A DNA stretch of 37,673 nt from Octopus sinensis (Eukaryota), in assembly GCF_006345805.1 (NCBI RefSeq), contig NW_021831737.1, positions 1-37,673 on the forward strand, read 5' to 3'. How positions within the stretch are numbered: position 1 is the stretch's first letter; the number at the start of each line of letters is the position of its first letter. The position numbers and the translations under genes were made by a program. The notes under the pieces were generated by a model, which was not told the origin of the DNA, made no database searches, and saw only the letters and a list, made by a program, of their open reading frames with translations. This document shows, one piece after another, positions 1-12,865 of this stretch.

Positions 1-71
1 TAATTATAAGCTATTCTTTATAGCTCTGTTGCACCGTTAAAATAAATGGTAGATGGAAAATAGCTTAATAA

Positions 72-940
72 TCTTTTCTACTCTTGGTACAAGGCCCGAA
101 ATTTTGGGGGAGGGAATCAGTCGATTAGATCGATCCCAGTACATAACTGGTACTTAATTTATCGACCCCGAAAGGATGACAGGCAAAGTCGGCCTCGGCG
201 GAGTTAAAAACAGATGAAATACCTATTTCTTTACTACCCACAAGGGGCTAAACACAGAGGGGACAAACAAGGATAGACAAACAGATTAAGTCGATTACAT
301 CGACCCCAGTGCGTAACTGGTACTTATTTAATCGATCCCGAAAGGATGAAAGGCAAAGTCGACATCGGCGGAATTTGAACTCAGAACGTAGCGGCAGACG
401 AAATACTGCTAAGCATTTCGCCCGGCGTGCTAACGATTCTGCCAGCACGCCGCCTTTAGATACCTATTTCTTTACTACCCACAAGGGGCTACACACAGAG
501 GGGACAAACAAGGATAGACAAGCAGATTAAGTCGATTACATCGACCCCAGTGCGTCACTGGTACTTATTTAATCGATCCCGAAAGGATGAAAGGCAAAGT
601 CGACATCGGCGGAATTTGAACTCAGAACGTAGCGGCAGACGAAATACTGCTAAGCATTTCGCCCGGCGTGCTAACGATTCTGCCAGCACGCCGCCTTTAG
701 ATACCTATTTCTTTACTACCCACAAGGGGCTACACACAGAGGGGACAAACAAGGATAGACAAAGGGATTAAGTCGATTACATCAACCCCAGTGCGTAACT
801 GGTACTTATTTAATCGACCCCCGAAAGGATGAAAAGCAAAGTCGACCTCAGCGGAATTTGAACTCAGAATGTAGCGGTAGACGAAATACCACTAAGCATT
901 TCGCCCGGCATGCTAACCATTCTGCCAGCTCGTTGCCTTA
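72..940 (-). mobile_element. SINE family S1 (tRNA head plus Nin/Deu-like domain): old copy 72-229 with three younger units stacked on it
   Basis: A-box-like TGGCAGAATCG, B box GAGTTCAAATTCC, CTTTCATCCTTTCGGGGTCGAT domain; 241-bp period in 226-940. Domain name from memory. Confidence 0.8.
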
Positions 941-1242
941 GACCAATAATTTAATGAAACATAATGATGGCTAAGAATTCGATCATTTCTTGTATACAAA
1001 AACGAAACACATGAATTATGAGAGTTTTAAATCAATTTACAATTCCTGAGCGATGGATAAAGTTTTTTTTTTATCATTAATACCATTTTCACCACCATCA
1101 AACAATTGACATCTGTAGCGAAATTATCGATTGCAAGATCTGTAACAACAACACTGACGTCAACGACGACGACAACACGACGGTAGCAACAATCACAACA
1201 ACATCGACGATCACGGTAGCAATGACAACAACGAAAACAACA

Positions 1243-1445
1243 GTGGAGGTGCAATGGCCCAGTGGTTAGGGCAGCTGACTCGCGGTCGTAAGAACGCGGT
1301 TTCGATTCCCCAGACCGGGCATTGTGAGTGTTTATTGAGCAAAAAACACCTAAGCTCCACGAGGCTCCGGCGGGGTCGTGTTGGTGAACCCCGCTGTACT
1401 CTTTCACCACAACTTTCTCTCACTCTTTCTTCCTACTTCTGCCAC
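1243..1445 (+). mobile_element. S3 SINE 5' part
   Basis: Homologous to 10357-10560. Confidence 0.8.
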
Positions 1446-3090
1446 AAAGCAGAGGAACCATGGTGTAACCCACTATGGTGTGGTAAAACTTTCAGACCCT
1501 AGTCTAGATTGCGAATCCTCTGTACCCCAGGATAGTTCAGCTCTCCACCCGTTAAAAAATCCACTGTTTACGGAATGAGGATAACAACGTAGCTTTCGCG
1601 CCCGAGCAACCGCCAGTCTATCGCGTGTGGTGGGTGGATCTTTCAAGTTGCCACACGCGTTCTTAGTAGCTTAGAGTAGGCTCGAATTAGAGATTATTTC
1701 TTGTGGCTAATAACGTGAGTCCTGATTGAAAGAAGAAGAAGAAGAAGAAGAAGAAGAAGAAGACAGCAGCAGCATCCACAACGAAAACAAGGGACGTCGA
1801 CATCATTAGCAACAGCGTTGACAACAATAACAAGAACTCCAACGACAACAATAACAAGAACAACAACAACAATATCAACAACAGGAGAAAAACGATAATA
1901 AAGATGACGACTTTAATTATTATTATATGGTCATAAAGCAAGCACTACCTCGTCCTAGAATTGAACTTACAACCTGTTCGTTCTTTTTTCTAAATCGTAA
2001 GAATGACAGAAAGCTGACACCTTTGACGACCAACACGCCTTTCTAGAGACATTCCTTATTCGTTCAGATGTTTCTCGCAAACCTTTAATACACGCTGGCC
2101 TTTGACCTACTGATAGTTCTGACACGTGCTGACCTTTGACATTTCCATAATCCTGACGCTTGGTCAGTCACGTGATCAAGACACGTCAACGATCTCGAAG
2201 CTGGTTTTCTCCACCATGATATCTGTGTGTGTGTGTGTGTGTGTATGAGTGTGTGTATGTGTGTGTAAGTGTGTGTTAAGGTATGTTTTATGCGTGTGTG
2301 TAGGCATGTATATGTATGTGGTCATGTATGTTTGCGTGTTTGTGTTTGTGTGTGAGAAAGTGTGTGTGTGTGAGTGAGTGTGTGTGTGTAAGTGTTAAGG
2401 TGTTTTATGTATGTATGTGTAGGCATGTATATGTATGTGTTCATGTATGTTTGCGTGTTTGTGTGTGTGTATGTATCTATGAATATGTGTGTGTGTGTGT
2501 ATGTATGTATGTATGAATATGTGTGTGTATGTATGTATATATGTACGTATGTATATGCTCATGTATGTATATATGTATTTATGCGTGTATGTATGCATGT
2601 ATGCATGTGTGTATTTTCATATGAGTGTACGTATCTGTGCGTATGCCTATGCGTATGCGTATGCGTATGCGTGTATATATATATATATATATATATGTAT
2701 GCGTGTGTGTATGTGTGTGTGTGTGCATATATGTGCGTGTACGTACGTCTGAAAGTATACGTGTGTATTTAAGTATATGTATGGACTTGCTGGTAAGTAT
2801 TTGCGTGTTTGAGGTGGTGGGGAGAACGAGAAAGAAAGACAGAGGGGGAAGAGAGGGAAAGATAGAGGAAAGGATAAGAGAGGGTGGAGGCAAGAAAGAT
2901 CAAACAGCCGCCATTCCGTCAATAGTCTCTGACATCATTTCTTAGTTTTTTTTATATTTTGACGCGTGTTCGCACCCACGTTCACACACCCACCTACATA
3001 GCTACTCCCCCACAGCACACTTAAACACACACACACACACACGGACAGACAGACACACACACGCATACACACACGCTGTCTGTCTATCTC

Positions 3091-3146
<56 letters not shown>

Positions 3147-3204
3147 CTGTCGCTTTCTCTCTCTCTCTCTCTCTCTCACTATATATATATATATATAAGT
3201 ATAT

Positions 3205-3957
3205 TTTCTTTTCTTTTCTTTTCTTTTACTTGTTTCAGTCATTTGACTGCGGCCATGCTGGAGCACCGTCTTTAATCGAGCGACTCGACCCCGGGTCTTA
3301 TTCTTTGTAAGCCTAGTACTTATTCTATCGGTCTCTTTTGCCGAACCGCTAAGTGACGGGGACGTAAACACACCAGCATCGGTTGTCAAGCGATGTTGGG
3401 GGGGACAAACACAGACAGACAAACACACACGCACATACATACATATACATATATACGACGGGCTTCTTTCAGTTTCCGTCTACCAAATCCACTCACAAGG
3501 CTTTGGTCGGCCCAGGGCTATAATAGAAGACACTTGCCCAAGGTGCACATATGTTCTTTTACTCTTTCACTTGTTTCAGTCATTTCACTGTGGCCATGCT
3601 GGAGCACCGCCTTTAGTCGAACAAACCGATCCCATGACTTATTCTTTTATTCTTTGTAAGCCTAGTACTTATTCTTTCGGTCTATTTTGCCGAACCGCTA
3701 AGTTACGGTGACGTAAACACACTAACATCGGTTGTCAAGCGATGATGGTGGGACAAAGACAGACACACTAACATACATACATATATACACATATATATAT
3801 GTACATATACGATGGACTTCATTCAGTTTCCGTCTACCAAACCTACTCTCAAGGTTTTGGTCGGCCCGACGCTATAGTAGAAGACACTTGCCCAAGGTGA
3901 CACGCAGTGGGACTGAACCCGGAACCATGTGGTTGGGAAGCAAGCTTCTTACCACGT
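3205..3957 (-). mobile_element. Two CORE-like SINE copies (family S2)
   Basis: Reverse complement of GTGGTAAGAAGCTTGCTTCC...GGTTCAGTCCC...CCTTGGGCAAGTGTCTT (CORE-like) with internal microsatellite. Confidence 0.75.
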
Positions 3958-4227
3958 ATATCTCAAACTTTTATGCGTACGGATCATACCACAACCTTGT
4001 ATCCAACCAAGGATGCACTTTCTCATTCAACAAACAACAAACACACACACACAATGCATACACATGTGCACGCACACTAGTTTTAACCAGGCGCATACAG
4101 GCGAGCATACACAAGTCAGAGTCGCCGATGGAGCCCCTACGTGCTTGGTGGATAAGCTAGAAATTGCAGCTAGACAGCTCTCAAATATTTTACATAAGGC
4201 ACATTGGATAATGTGGTTCTAGATAAA

Positions 4228-4437
4228 GGCGGAGAGCGGGCGAAATGCTTAGCGGTATTTCGTCTGCCGTTACGTTGTGAGTTCAAATACCGCCGAGGTC
4301 AACTTTACCTTTCATCCTTTCGGGGTCGATAAATTAAGTACCAGTTACGCACTGGGGTCGATGTAATCGACTTAATCCGTTTGTCTGTCCTTGTTTGTCC
4401 CCTCTAAGTTTAGCCCCTTGTGGGTAATAAAGAAATA
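4228..4437 (+). mobile_element. S1 SINE monomer with 13-bp TSD
   Basis: GGTTCTAGATAAA at 4215-4227 and 4438-4450. Confidence 0.85.
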
Positions 4438-5119
4438 GGTTCTAGATAAACAATTTCTGGATAAAAGTTAGGACACTCAAAACTGGAAGGTCATTGTTGT
4501 TGGGTGTGTTGAATCAGGGTTAACCTGAAGGCAAACAACAACAACAGCAACAACAACAATGCAAATAACAGCACTGTACCACATAACACACTGATAGTGT
4601 ATTATCAGTATACCACACAAATGACATTGGCATTGTATCACTACGTGTGCAGAAATGTCAATATACCGTTGACTTGTATATATTTTAATTGTTTGTTTAT
4701 TCATACGTTTCGTCTCATTCGATACCTGTCTGTCCTCGTATCGTCCCCTCTTTTTCTCAACCCCGTGGTTAATAAAGAAATTGACTGTGTACCATGGTCA
4801 ATATACTATTGTCAACTGCTACCGGTGTACCACTGTCTATATAGCATTGTCATTGTATCACTGAATATATATCATTGTCAATGTACTATTCTTAATGTAC
4901 TATTCTCAAAATATCGCTCTCAATATACCACTGGCAATATACTTGTGACCTCCTTCGGTCATGAATGACCATGGAATTATACCTAGAAGGTTACCTTCCG
5001 AGGCACAAGTCTGAGCAAGGTTGTTTATGGAAGACCAGCTCTTGCCCATACATACCAGCGCCCCAAAAGGATGAAAGGCAAAGGCCGATACAGCTTGGCA
5101 CCAGTGACGTCGCAGCTCA

Positions 5120-5430
5120 TTTATTAACGTGCCAGTGGCTGAGCACTCCACAGACACGTGTACCCTTAACGTGGTTCTCGGGGAGATTCAGCATGGCACA
5201 GAGTGTGACAAGGCTGGCCATTTGAAATACAGGTACAACAGAAACAGGAAGAAAGAGAGAAAGTTGTGGTGAAAGAGTACAACAGGGTTCAGAAACACCA
5301 CCTGTCGGAGCCTCGTGAAGCTTTAGGTCTTTTCGCTCAATAAACACTCACAATGCCCAGTCTGGGAATTGAAACCGCGATCCTACGACCCCGAGTCAGC
5401 TGCCCTAACAACTGGGCCATTGCGTCTACA
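5120..5430 (-). mobile_element. S3 SINE
   Basis: Reverse-complement homolog of 10357-10670. Confidence 0.8.
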
Positions 5431-5544
5431 GTCAATGTAACATTGTCATTATACCACTGTTCTACTCTAAGCACAAGGCCTAAAATTTTTGGTGAGGGCG
5501 CCAGTAGATCAGATCGACCGCAGTACGCAACTGGTACTTAATTT

Positions 5545-6945
5545 GCCTTTCATCCTTTTGGGGTCGATTAAATAAGTACCAGTTACGCACTGGGGTCGAT
5601 ATAATCGACTTAATCCGTTTGTCTGTCCTTCTTTGATCCCTCTGTGTGTAGCCCCTTGTGGGTAGTAAAGAAATAGGTATTTCGTCTGCCGTTACCTTCT
5701 GAGTTCAAATTCCGCCGAGGTCGACTTTGCATTTCATCCTTTCGGGGTCGATTAAATAAGTACCAGTTACGCACTGGGGTCGATATAATCGACTTAATCC
5801 GTTTGTCTGTCCTTCTTTGATCCCTCTGTGTGTAGCCCCTTGTGGGTAGTAAAGAAATAGGTTTTCGTCTTTCGTCTGCCGTTCCTTCTGAGTTCAAATT
5901 CCGCCGAGGTCGACTTTGTTCATCCTTTCGGGGTCGATTAAATAAGTACCAGTTACGCACTGGGGTCGATATAATCGACTTAATCCGTTTGTCTGTCCTT
6001 CTTTGATCCCCTGTGTGTAGCCCCTTGTGGGTAGTAAAGAAATAGGTATTTCGTCTGCCGTTACCTTCTGAGTTCAAATTCCGCCGAGGTCGACTTTGCC
6101 TTTCATCCTTTCGGGGTCGATTAAATAAGTACCAGTACGCACTGGGGTCGATATAATCGACTTAATCCGTTTGTCTGTCCTTCTTTGATCCCTCTGTGTG
6201 TAGCCCCTTGTGGGTAGTAAAGAAATAGGTATTTCGTCTGCCGTTACCTTCTGAGTTCAAATTCCGCCGAGGTCGACTTTGCCTTTATCCTTTCGGGGTC
6301 GATTAAATAAGTACCAGTTACGCACTGGGGTCGATATAATCGACTTAATCCGTTTGTCTGTCCTTCTTTGATCCCTCTGTGTGTAGCCCCTTGTGGGTAG
6401 TAAAGAAATAGGTATTTCGTCTGCCGTTACCTTCTGAGTTCAAATTCCGCCGAGGTCGACTTTGCCTTTCATCCTTTCGGGGTCGATTAAATAAGTACCA
6501 GTTACGCACTGGGGTCGATATAATCGACTTAATCCGTTTGTCTGTCCTTCTTTGATCCCTCTGTGTGTAGCCCCTTGTGGGTAGTAAAGAAATAGGTATT
6601 TCGTCTGCCGTTACCTTCTGAGTTCAAATTCCGCCGAGGTCGACTTTGCCTTTCATCCTTTCGGGGTCGATTAAATAAGTACCAGTTACGCACTGGGGTC
6701 GATATAATCGACTTAATCCGTTTGTCTGTCCTTCTTTGATCCCTCTGTGTGTAGCCCCTTGTGGGTAGTAAAGAAATAGGTATTTCGTCTGCCGTTACCT
6801 TCTGAGTTCAAATTCCGCCGAGGTCGACTTTGCATTTCATCCTTTCGGGGTCGATAAATTAAGTACCAGTTACGCACTGGGGTCGATATAATCGACTGGT
6901 CCCTCCCACCGCGCCAAAATTTCGGGCCTCGAGTAGAAAAGGATA
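5545..6945 (+). repeat. Head-to-tail array of S1 SINE bodies (about 184-bp period, 7 junctions)
   Basis: Junction AAAGAAATA|GGTATTTCGTC repeated near 5676, 5860, 6045, 6229, 6411, 6595, 6779; last unit has the older tail type. Confidence 0.9.
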
Positions 6946-7001
6946 AATATTGCTTCTTAGTATTAACACTGCCTCTGTGTGTTAGTGTGTATTGATTAAT
7001 A

Positions 7002-7798
7002 CCTATTTCTTTACTACCCACAAGGGGCTAAACACAAAGAGGACAAACAAGGACAGACAAACGGATTAAGTCGATTACATCGACCCCACTGCGTAACTGG
7101 TACTTATTTAATCGACCCCGAAAGGATGAAAGGCAAAGTCGACCTCGGCGGAATTTGAACTCAGAACGTAACGGCAGACGAAATACCTATTTCTATTTCT
7201 TTACTACCCACAAGGGGCTAAACACAGAGGGGACAAACAAGGACAGACAAACGGATTAAGTCGATTACATCGACCCCAGTGCGTAACTGGTACTTATTTA
7301 ATCGACCCCGAAAGGATGAAAGGCAAAGTCGACCTCGGCGGAATTTGAACTCAGAACGTAACGGTAGACGAAATACCTATTTCTATTTCTTTACTACCCA
7401 CAAGGGGCTCTAAACACAGAGGGGACAAACAAGGACAGACAAACGGATTAAGTCGATTACATCGACCCCAGTGCGTAACTGGTACTTATTTAATCGACCC
7501 CGAAAGGATGAAAGGCAAAGTCGACCTCGGCGGAATTTGAACTCAGAACGTAACGGTAGACGAAATACCTATTTCTATTTCTTTACTACCCACAAGGGGC
7601 TAAACACAGAGGGGACAAACAAGGACAGACAAACGGATTAAGTCGATTACATCGACCCCACTGCGTAACTGGTACTTGTTTAATCGACCCCGAAAGGATG
7701 AAAGGCAAAGTCGACCTCGGCGGAATTTGAACTCAGAACGTAACGGCAGACGAAATACGGCTACGCATTTCGCCCGGGGTGCTAACGTTTCTGCCAGA
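7002..7798 (-). repeat. Four-unit S1 SINE array with a single head, flanked by one 12-bp TSD
   Basis: About 190-bp period; TATTGATTAATA at 6990-7001 and 7799-7810. Confidence 0.9.
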
Positions 7799-8311
7799 TA
7801 TTGATTAATATCTGCTAAGAAAAAGCACGAGGACAGGAATAGATCTGGAACGCATTCTGTGGATTGTATAGTGTTTGTCCAGACGGGGGACGGTATCGAG
7901 ATAGTCCACGGACGCATAGGTAGCTGTAGGAGTGACAGAAGAGAACGGCAGAGAGGAAAGTCTCTTTGAGTCAGTGGTTTCCACCCCCCCCCCCTTGTAT
8001 GTTGATGATTAAAGATGTGTCTGAATACACAGAGGAGCTAAACAGTGCTGTCTTTGAGTCAGGGCTGTGATGTATTGGTCTCCGGAGACGTGTCTGACTA
8101 CACTAAGAACAGAGGAGAGAAATGGTGTGTATGTGATTTAGTGCTGGTACTATGTCTGTGTTTGTATATATATTCTTTTATTCTTTTACTTGTTTCAGTC
8201 ATCTGACTGCGGCCATGCTGGAGCACCGCCTTTAATCGACCCCGGGACTTATTCTTTTGTAAGCCCAGTACTTATTCTATACATACATACATACATACAT
8301 ACATACATACA

Positions 8312-8342
<31 letters not shown>

Positions 8343-10129
8343 TTATGCATATATACTTTTTTTTTATCTCGTAGTTGCTTCAGTCGTTAGACTGTGGCCA
8401 TGCTGGGGCACCGACTTGAAGAATTTTTTTTTAGTCGAATGAATCAACTTCAGTACTTGCTTTCTGCTTTTTTTTTTTTCTTTTTTCTTTTTTTTTTTCT
8501 TAGCCTACAACTTATTCTATCGATCTCTTTTTGCCGAAACGCTAAGGTTTTGGGGGAGGTAAACACCGGTTGTCAAGCGATAGTGGGGAAAAAGCAGAGA
8601 CAGTAAGACACATATACGCACACGCATGCACATACATACTTACATACATACATACATACATACATATTTATGTATATATATATATGTGTGTATATATGTG
8701 TGTGTGTGTGTGTGCATGTATGTATGTATGTATGTATGTATGTATGTATGTGCATGTATGTACGTATGTACGCATGCATGTATGTATGTATGTATGTATG
8801 TATGTATGTATGTATGTGTGTGTGTGTATGTATGTATGTATGTATGCATGTGTGTGTGCATGTATGTACGTATGTACGCATGTATGTATGTATGTATGTA
8901 TGTATGTATGTATGTATGTATGTGTGTATGTATGACGGATTTCTTTCAGTTTCCGTCTACCAAAATCTATTCACAAGTCTTTGGTCGATCTGAGGCTACA
9001 TTAGAACCCGGAACCATATGTTTAGGCAGTAAAACTTCTTACCACACAGCCACGCCAGCAATCGAATGGTTTTCTTTTTGGGGGTTCCGTCAAGGGCGTA
9101 GCACCATAGCCCTGAGCGATCCTTGAATATGAGTTTAAGGTGTTTGTGCATAACTAGAAAACTGTCTCCAGATATCTCTCCAGTACTGCGATGTGGTCTA
9201 CACTGTTTTATTTGTAACAACAGCACAGTACTCGAAAGGTCAGTAGTACTGTAATATGGTTTCGGATGTGTGTGTAAGAACATCGCTGCACACGATATAT
9301 AAAGCAGTTATGCAATATAATCTACCACTGTGTTTCCCTATTTTCCCCCAGGCCCCACTATGACTTTCCACAAAAATGTTTGCCTCACCGGTTACTGGAA
9401 AAAAAAAACGACTTTATTTTTTATATATTATCACAATTATTTTATGAAAAAGAATCTATCGGTAACTCTTTTATTAAGTACTGAGTATTGATTTTTCATA
9501 ATTATATTCTTTCCTGAACGAAATATCCACACCAGGGCATTAGAATAACGCCTTACTATAGCAGTCTTCACGCAGTATGCTTGATTGGAGGGATTGGCTT
9601 GGCTAGGCAGCGTATAGGGGTAGTATGTTTACTGTGAAGGAGAGAATTTCACAATTCCATATCCCACTAAAAAAAAAATATCTTGGATCCCAGACCCTCA
9701 CCGCAATTTTCCAAGGCCCCACCGATGAGGCGTATGCCCCACGCTGGGAGACCACTGGTTCAGGACTTTAGTGTATGTAAACAACAGCACAGTCCCAGAT
9801 AGCAATGCCGTCTTAGCGGCATTATAGGCCCCTGGATAAATCAGTGCCCTGGACCCCACAGGTATTTACTCATTGGTAACAAACCACAAAATAGATGAGA
9901 ACTGGGTCCCTAAACTCTCAAGGCCCAGAGTGCCCATACTTTAAGATAGCACTGTATGTGAGCTTACCGTAACGTGGATCTAGGATGCTTTTTGCCGTAA
10001 CAGCAGCACTGTACTCGATATGTGAGCAGGATTGCAATGTGTTCTTGTACGAGAGGGAGCTGAAGGGTTCTTGCCTTTAAGGGTGTCGCAGAAAGGCCTG
10101 GTTAGAGGCCCAACCTTCCGTGTGCTTTT

Positions 10130-10287
10130 AAAGGACTTAGAAAAACCAAATGACCACTGAAGGACCACTGAAGGACCACTGCAATAAGTGTATGATTCTG
10201 AGAGGAGGATATGTTGGATAAAATCATAACTGATCCGCCTGTATTTTCTTTTACCCAAAGCCAGGAACTTTTCAGCACCCCCTCATA
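10130..10287 (+). mobile_element. Mariner-type DNA transposon 3' remnant (transposase C-terminus plus right TIR)
   Basis: Frame LKDHCNKCMILRGGYVG* (stop 10219-10221) resembles the mariner transposase end (RWxKCxxxxGxYVE); TIR reverse complement TATGAGGGGGTGCTGAAAAGTTCC ending at TA; internal short tandem triplication of GACCACTGAAG. Confidence 0.65.
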
Positions 10288-10356
10288 TATTTCTGTATGC
10301 AACGACAGCACTGAAACCGATATGACAGTAGTACTCCAGTGTTTATATAAGTAAGA

Positions 10357-10741
10357 GTGGAGGCGCAATGGCCCAGTGGTTAGGGCAGCGGACTCGCGGT
10401 CATAGGATCGCGGTTTCGATTCCCAGACCGGGCGTTGTGACTGTATATTGAGCGAAAACACCTAAAAGCTCCACGAGGCTCCGGCAGGGGATGGTGGTGA
10501 TCCCTGCTGTACTCTTTCACCACAACTTTCTCTCACTCTTACTTCCTGTTTCTGTTGTACCTGTATTTCAAGGGGCCGGCCTTGTCACTCTCTGTGTCAC
10601 GCTGAATATCCCCGAGAACTACGTTAAGGGTACACGTGTCTGTGGAGTGCTCAGCCACTTACACGTTAATTTCACGAGCAGGCTGTTCCGTTGATTCGGA
10701 TCAACCGGAACCCTCGTCGTTGTAACCGACGGAGTGCTTCC
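10357..10741 (+). mobile_element. Full-length tRNA-derived SINE family S3 (OR-like) with 12-bp TSD
   Basis: Head GTGGAGGCGCAATGGCCCAGTGGTTAGGG...GGTTTCGATTCC; TSD ATATAAGTAAGA at 10345-10356 and 10742-10753. Confidence 0.85.
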
Positions 10742-10784
10742 ATATAAGTAAGAACAGCACTGTAGCTTATACATACAGTAATAC

Positions 10785-11186
10785 TTCTCTGTTCTAGGCA
10801 CAAGGTCCGAAATTTTGAGGTGCGGGGGGGGGGCAGTCGATTAGATCGACCCCAGTATGCAACTGGTATTTAATATATCGACTTCGAAAGGACGGAACGC
10901 AAAGTCGACCTCGGCGGAATTTGAACGCAGGACGTAAAAGACAGACGAAATACTGCTAAGCATTTCGGCCGGCGTGATAACGTTTCTCTCCTACTCTAGG
11001 CACAAGGTCTGAAATTTGGTGGGGAGATGGGGGGTCAGTCGATTAGATCTACCCCCAGTACGCAACTGGTATTTAATTTATCGACCCCGAAAGGATGACA
11101 GGCACAGTCGACCTCGGCGGAATCTGAACTCAACTCAGAACGTAAAGACAGACGAAATACCGCTAAGCACTTCGCCGGCATGCTAA
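10785..11186 (-). mobile_element. Two tandem older S1 SINE copies
   Basis: B box and central domain; tail CTAGGCACAAGGTC...AAATTT. Similar degenerate copies near 11897-12118 (+), 16690-16850, 17130-17360, 18020-18225, 30521-30640 (-). Confidence 0.75.
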
Positions 11187-11204
11187 CACACATACACACA
11201 CCAC

Positions 11205-11245
<41 letters not shown>

Positions 11246-11258
11246 CTATATATATATA

Positions 11259-11302
<44 letters not shown>

Positions 11303-11322
11303 TATATAATATATATATATAT

Positions 11323-11351
<29 letters not shown>

Positions 11352-11353
<2 letters not shown>

Positions 11354-11552
11354 ACGGAAGGTTTACGAAAATAAACAAAAGACGAAGGTAGGTGGAATAC
11401 AAACAAACAATTGTATTAGTATGGCGCTCAGGAATAGAAATAAAACAAGTCTTTTACGTTTCGAGCCTACCCTCTTCGACAGAAAGATACACAGAAAAAA
11501 AACAAAGAGAGAAACAAGGAGAGAGAAAAAATGCGTGTAGGAGCTAAACGAT
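11352..11552 (-). mobile_element. Short Penelope-like element (family also at about 27478-27660 and 34755-35080)
   Basis: Three diverged homologous copies, each abutting a microsatellite ((AT)n or (GATA)n) and each keeping the HHR-like motif. Confidence 0.45.
11450..11487 (-). ncRNA. Minimal type I hammerhead-like motif with U at core position 6 and palindromic helix III
   Basis: UCUUU-CUGUCGA-A-GAG GGUAGG CUC-GAAACGUA^AAAGA; helix I UCUUU/AAAGA, ACGU palindrome. Confidence 0.45.
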
Positions 11553-11849
11553 ATACGACGGGCTTCTTTCAGTTTTCGTCGACTAAATCCACTCACAAGG
11601 CTTTGGGTCAGCCTGAGGCTATAGTAGAAGACACTTGCCCAAAGTGCCAAGCAGTGGGACTGAACTCGGAACCACGTGGCTGGTAAGCAAGCTACTTACC
11701 GCACACTGACGCTCTTGCGCCTATGTATAGCAATATTATGTATATCATGTGTGTATAACAATATCATAAAATTGTACGCCTATTTAGCGTTATTTTTATA
11801 TATTTTTATTGTTCTTGATATCATCATCACCATCATCATTATCATCATT

Positions 11850-11883
<34 letters not shown>

Positions 11884-12125
11884 CCGTCATCTTCATCAAG
11901 GCGGGGAACTGGCAGAATCGTCACCACTGCGTCAGACGAAAATGCTAAGCAGCATTTTCGTCTGCCCTTTATCGTTTCGAGTTCAAATCCCACCGTGGTC
12001 GACTTTACCCTTTCCATCCTTTTCGGGGTTCGATGAAATAAGTATCGTATTGCAATCGACTTACCCCTCCCCCTCCCCACAAACTGTCAAGCCTTGAGCC
12101 TATTGCAGAAAGGATTATTATTATT

Positions 12126-12157
<32 letters not shown>

Positions 12158-12520
12158 TATTATTATTATTATTATTATTAACTCTATATTATTAGCACTT
12201 CTTTATGCATGTCCATTTATGTATACGTGACTACGTGAGCGTGTATAGCCATATCTTATACATAAATGAACACACTCACATACATACATACATACATACA
12301 TACATGCCATAATATATATATATATATTATATATATCTATATATATATATATACATACATACATACATAACCTACATACATACATACATACATACATTAT
12401 ATATATATAATATATATATATATAATATATATCATACATACATACATACATACATACTACATACATACATAATAAACATACATATATATATATATATATT
12501 ATATATATATTATATATATA

Positions 12521-12555
<35 letters not shown>

Positions 12556-12556
12556 G

Positions 12557-12775
12557 ATAAGAAGTTTGTTTGGTAAAGCACGTGGGTGAATATATAAGAA
12601 AATAGTAAAGTGTGAAAAAACGACAGAAGGCTTAAATGTTAAAAAATATATATATTTGTGTCAAAAGTCTGGAGAATATTGGAAAAATTTTTTTTCCTTT
12701 CTTAAAATGACATAATTTTAAAATTTTAAAAGAATTACCGGTTTCGCGTGTAGCTTTTCAAATTTCTTGTGACGT
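12557..12775 (-). mobile_element. Degenerate Penelope-like fragment between two (AT)n tracts with HHR remnant
   Basis: Minus strand AAGAAAU-UUGAAAA-GC UACAC GC-GAAACCGGUA^AUUCUU at about 12730-12768; ACCGGU palindrome retained, core decayed. Confidence 0.3.
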
Positions 12776-12802
12776 TATTATATATATATATATATTATAT
12801 AT

Positions 12803-12847
<45 letters not shown>

Positions 12848-12865
12848 TATATTATATATATATTA

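Noticed and set aside
1621-1660. 9-bp GC-rich stem CGCGTGTGG/CCACACGCG
   Set aside because: Single copy with no ribozyme or other motif; may be chance or a LINE UTR fragment.
2316-2945. MYVCVC/HTHT-type ORFs here and throughout the window
   Set aside because: Products of GT, AT and ACAT microsatellites.
5545-7798. CRISPR-like periodicity
   Set aside because: Whole ~185-bp units repeat with no unique spacers; units are SINE bodies and no cas genes are present.
9803-9954. hAT-like MITE with 14-bp imperfect TIRs (also about 9325-9760)
   Set aside because: TIRs degenerate and no 8-bp TSD found.
10357-10435. tRNA genes
   Set aside because: A and B boxes are present but continue into SINE bodies with TSDs; no complete cloverleaf seen.
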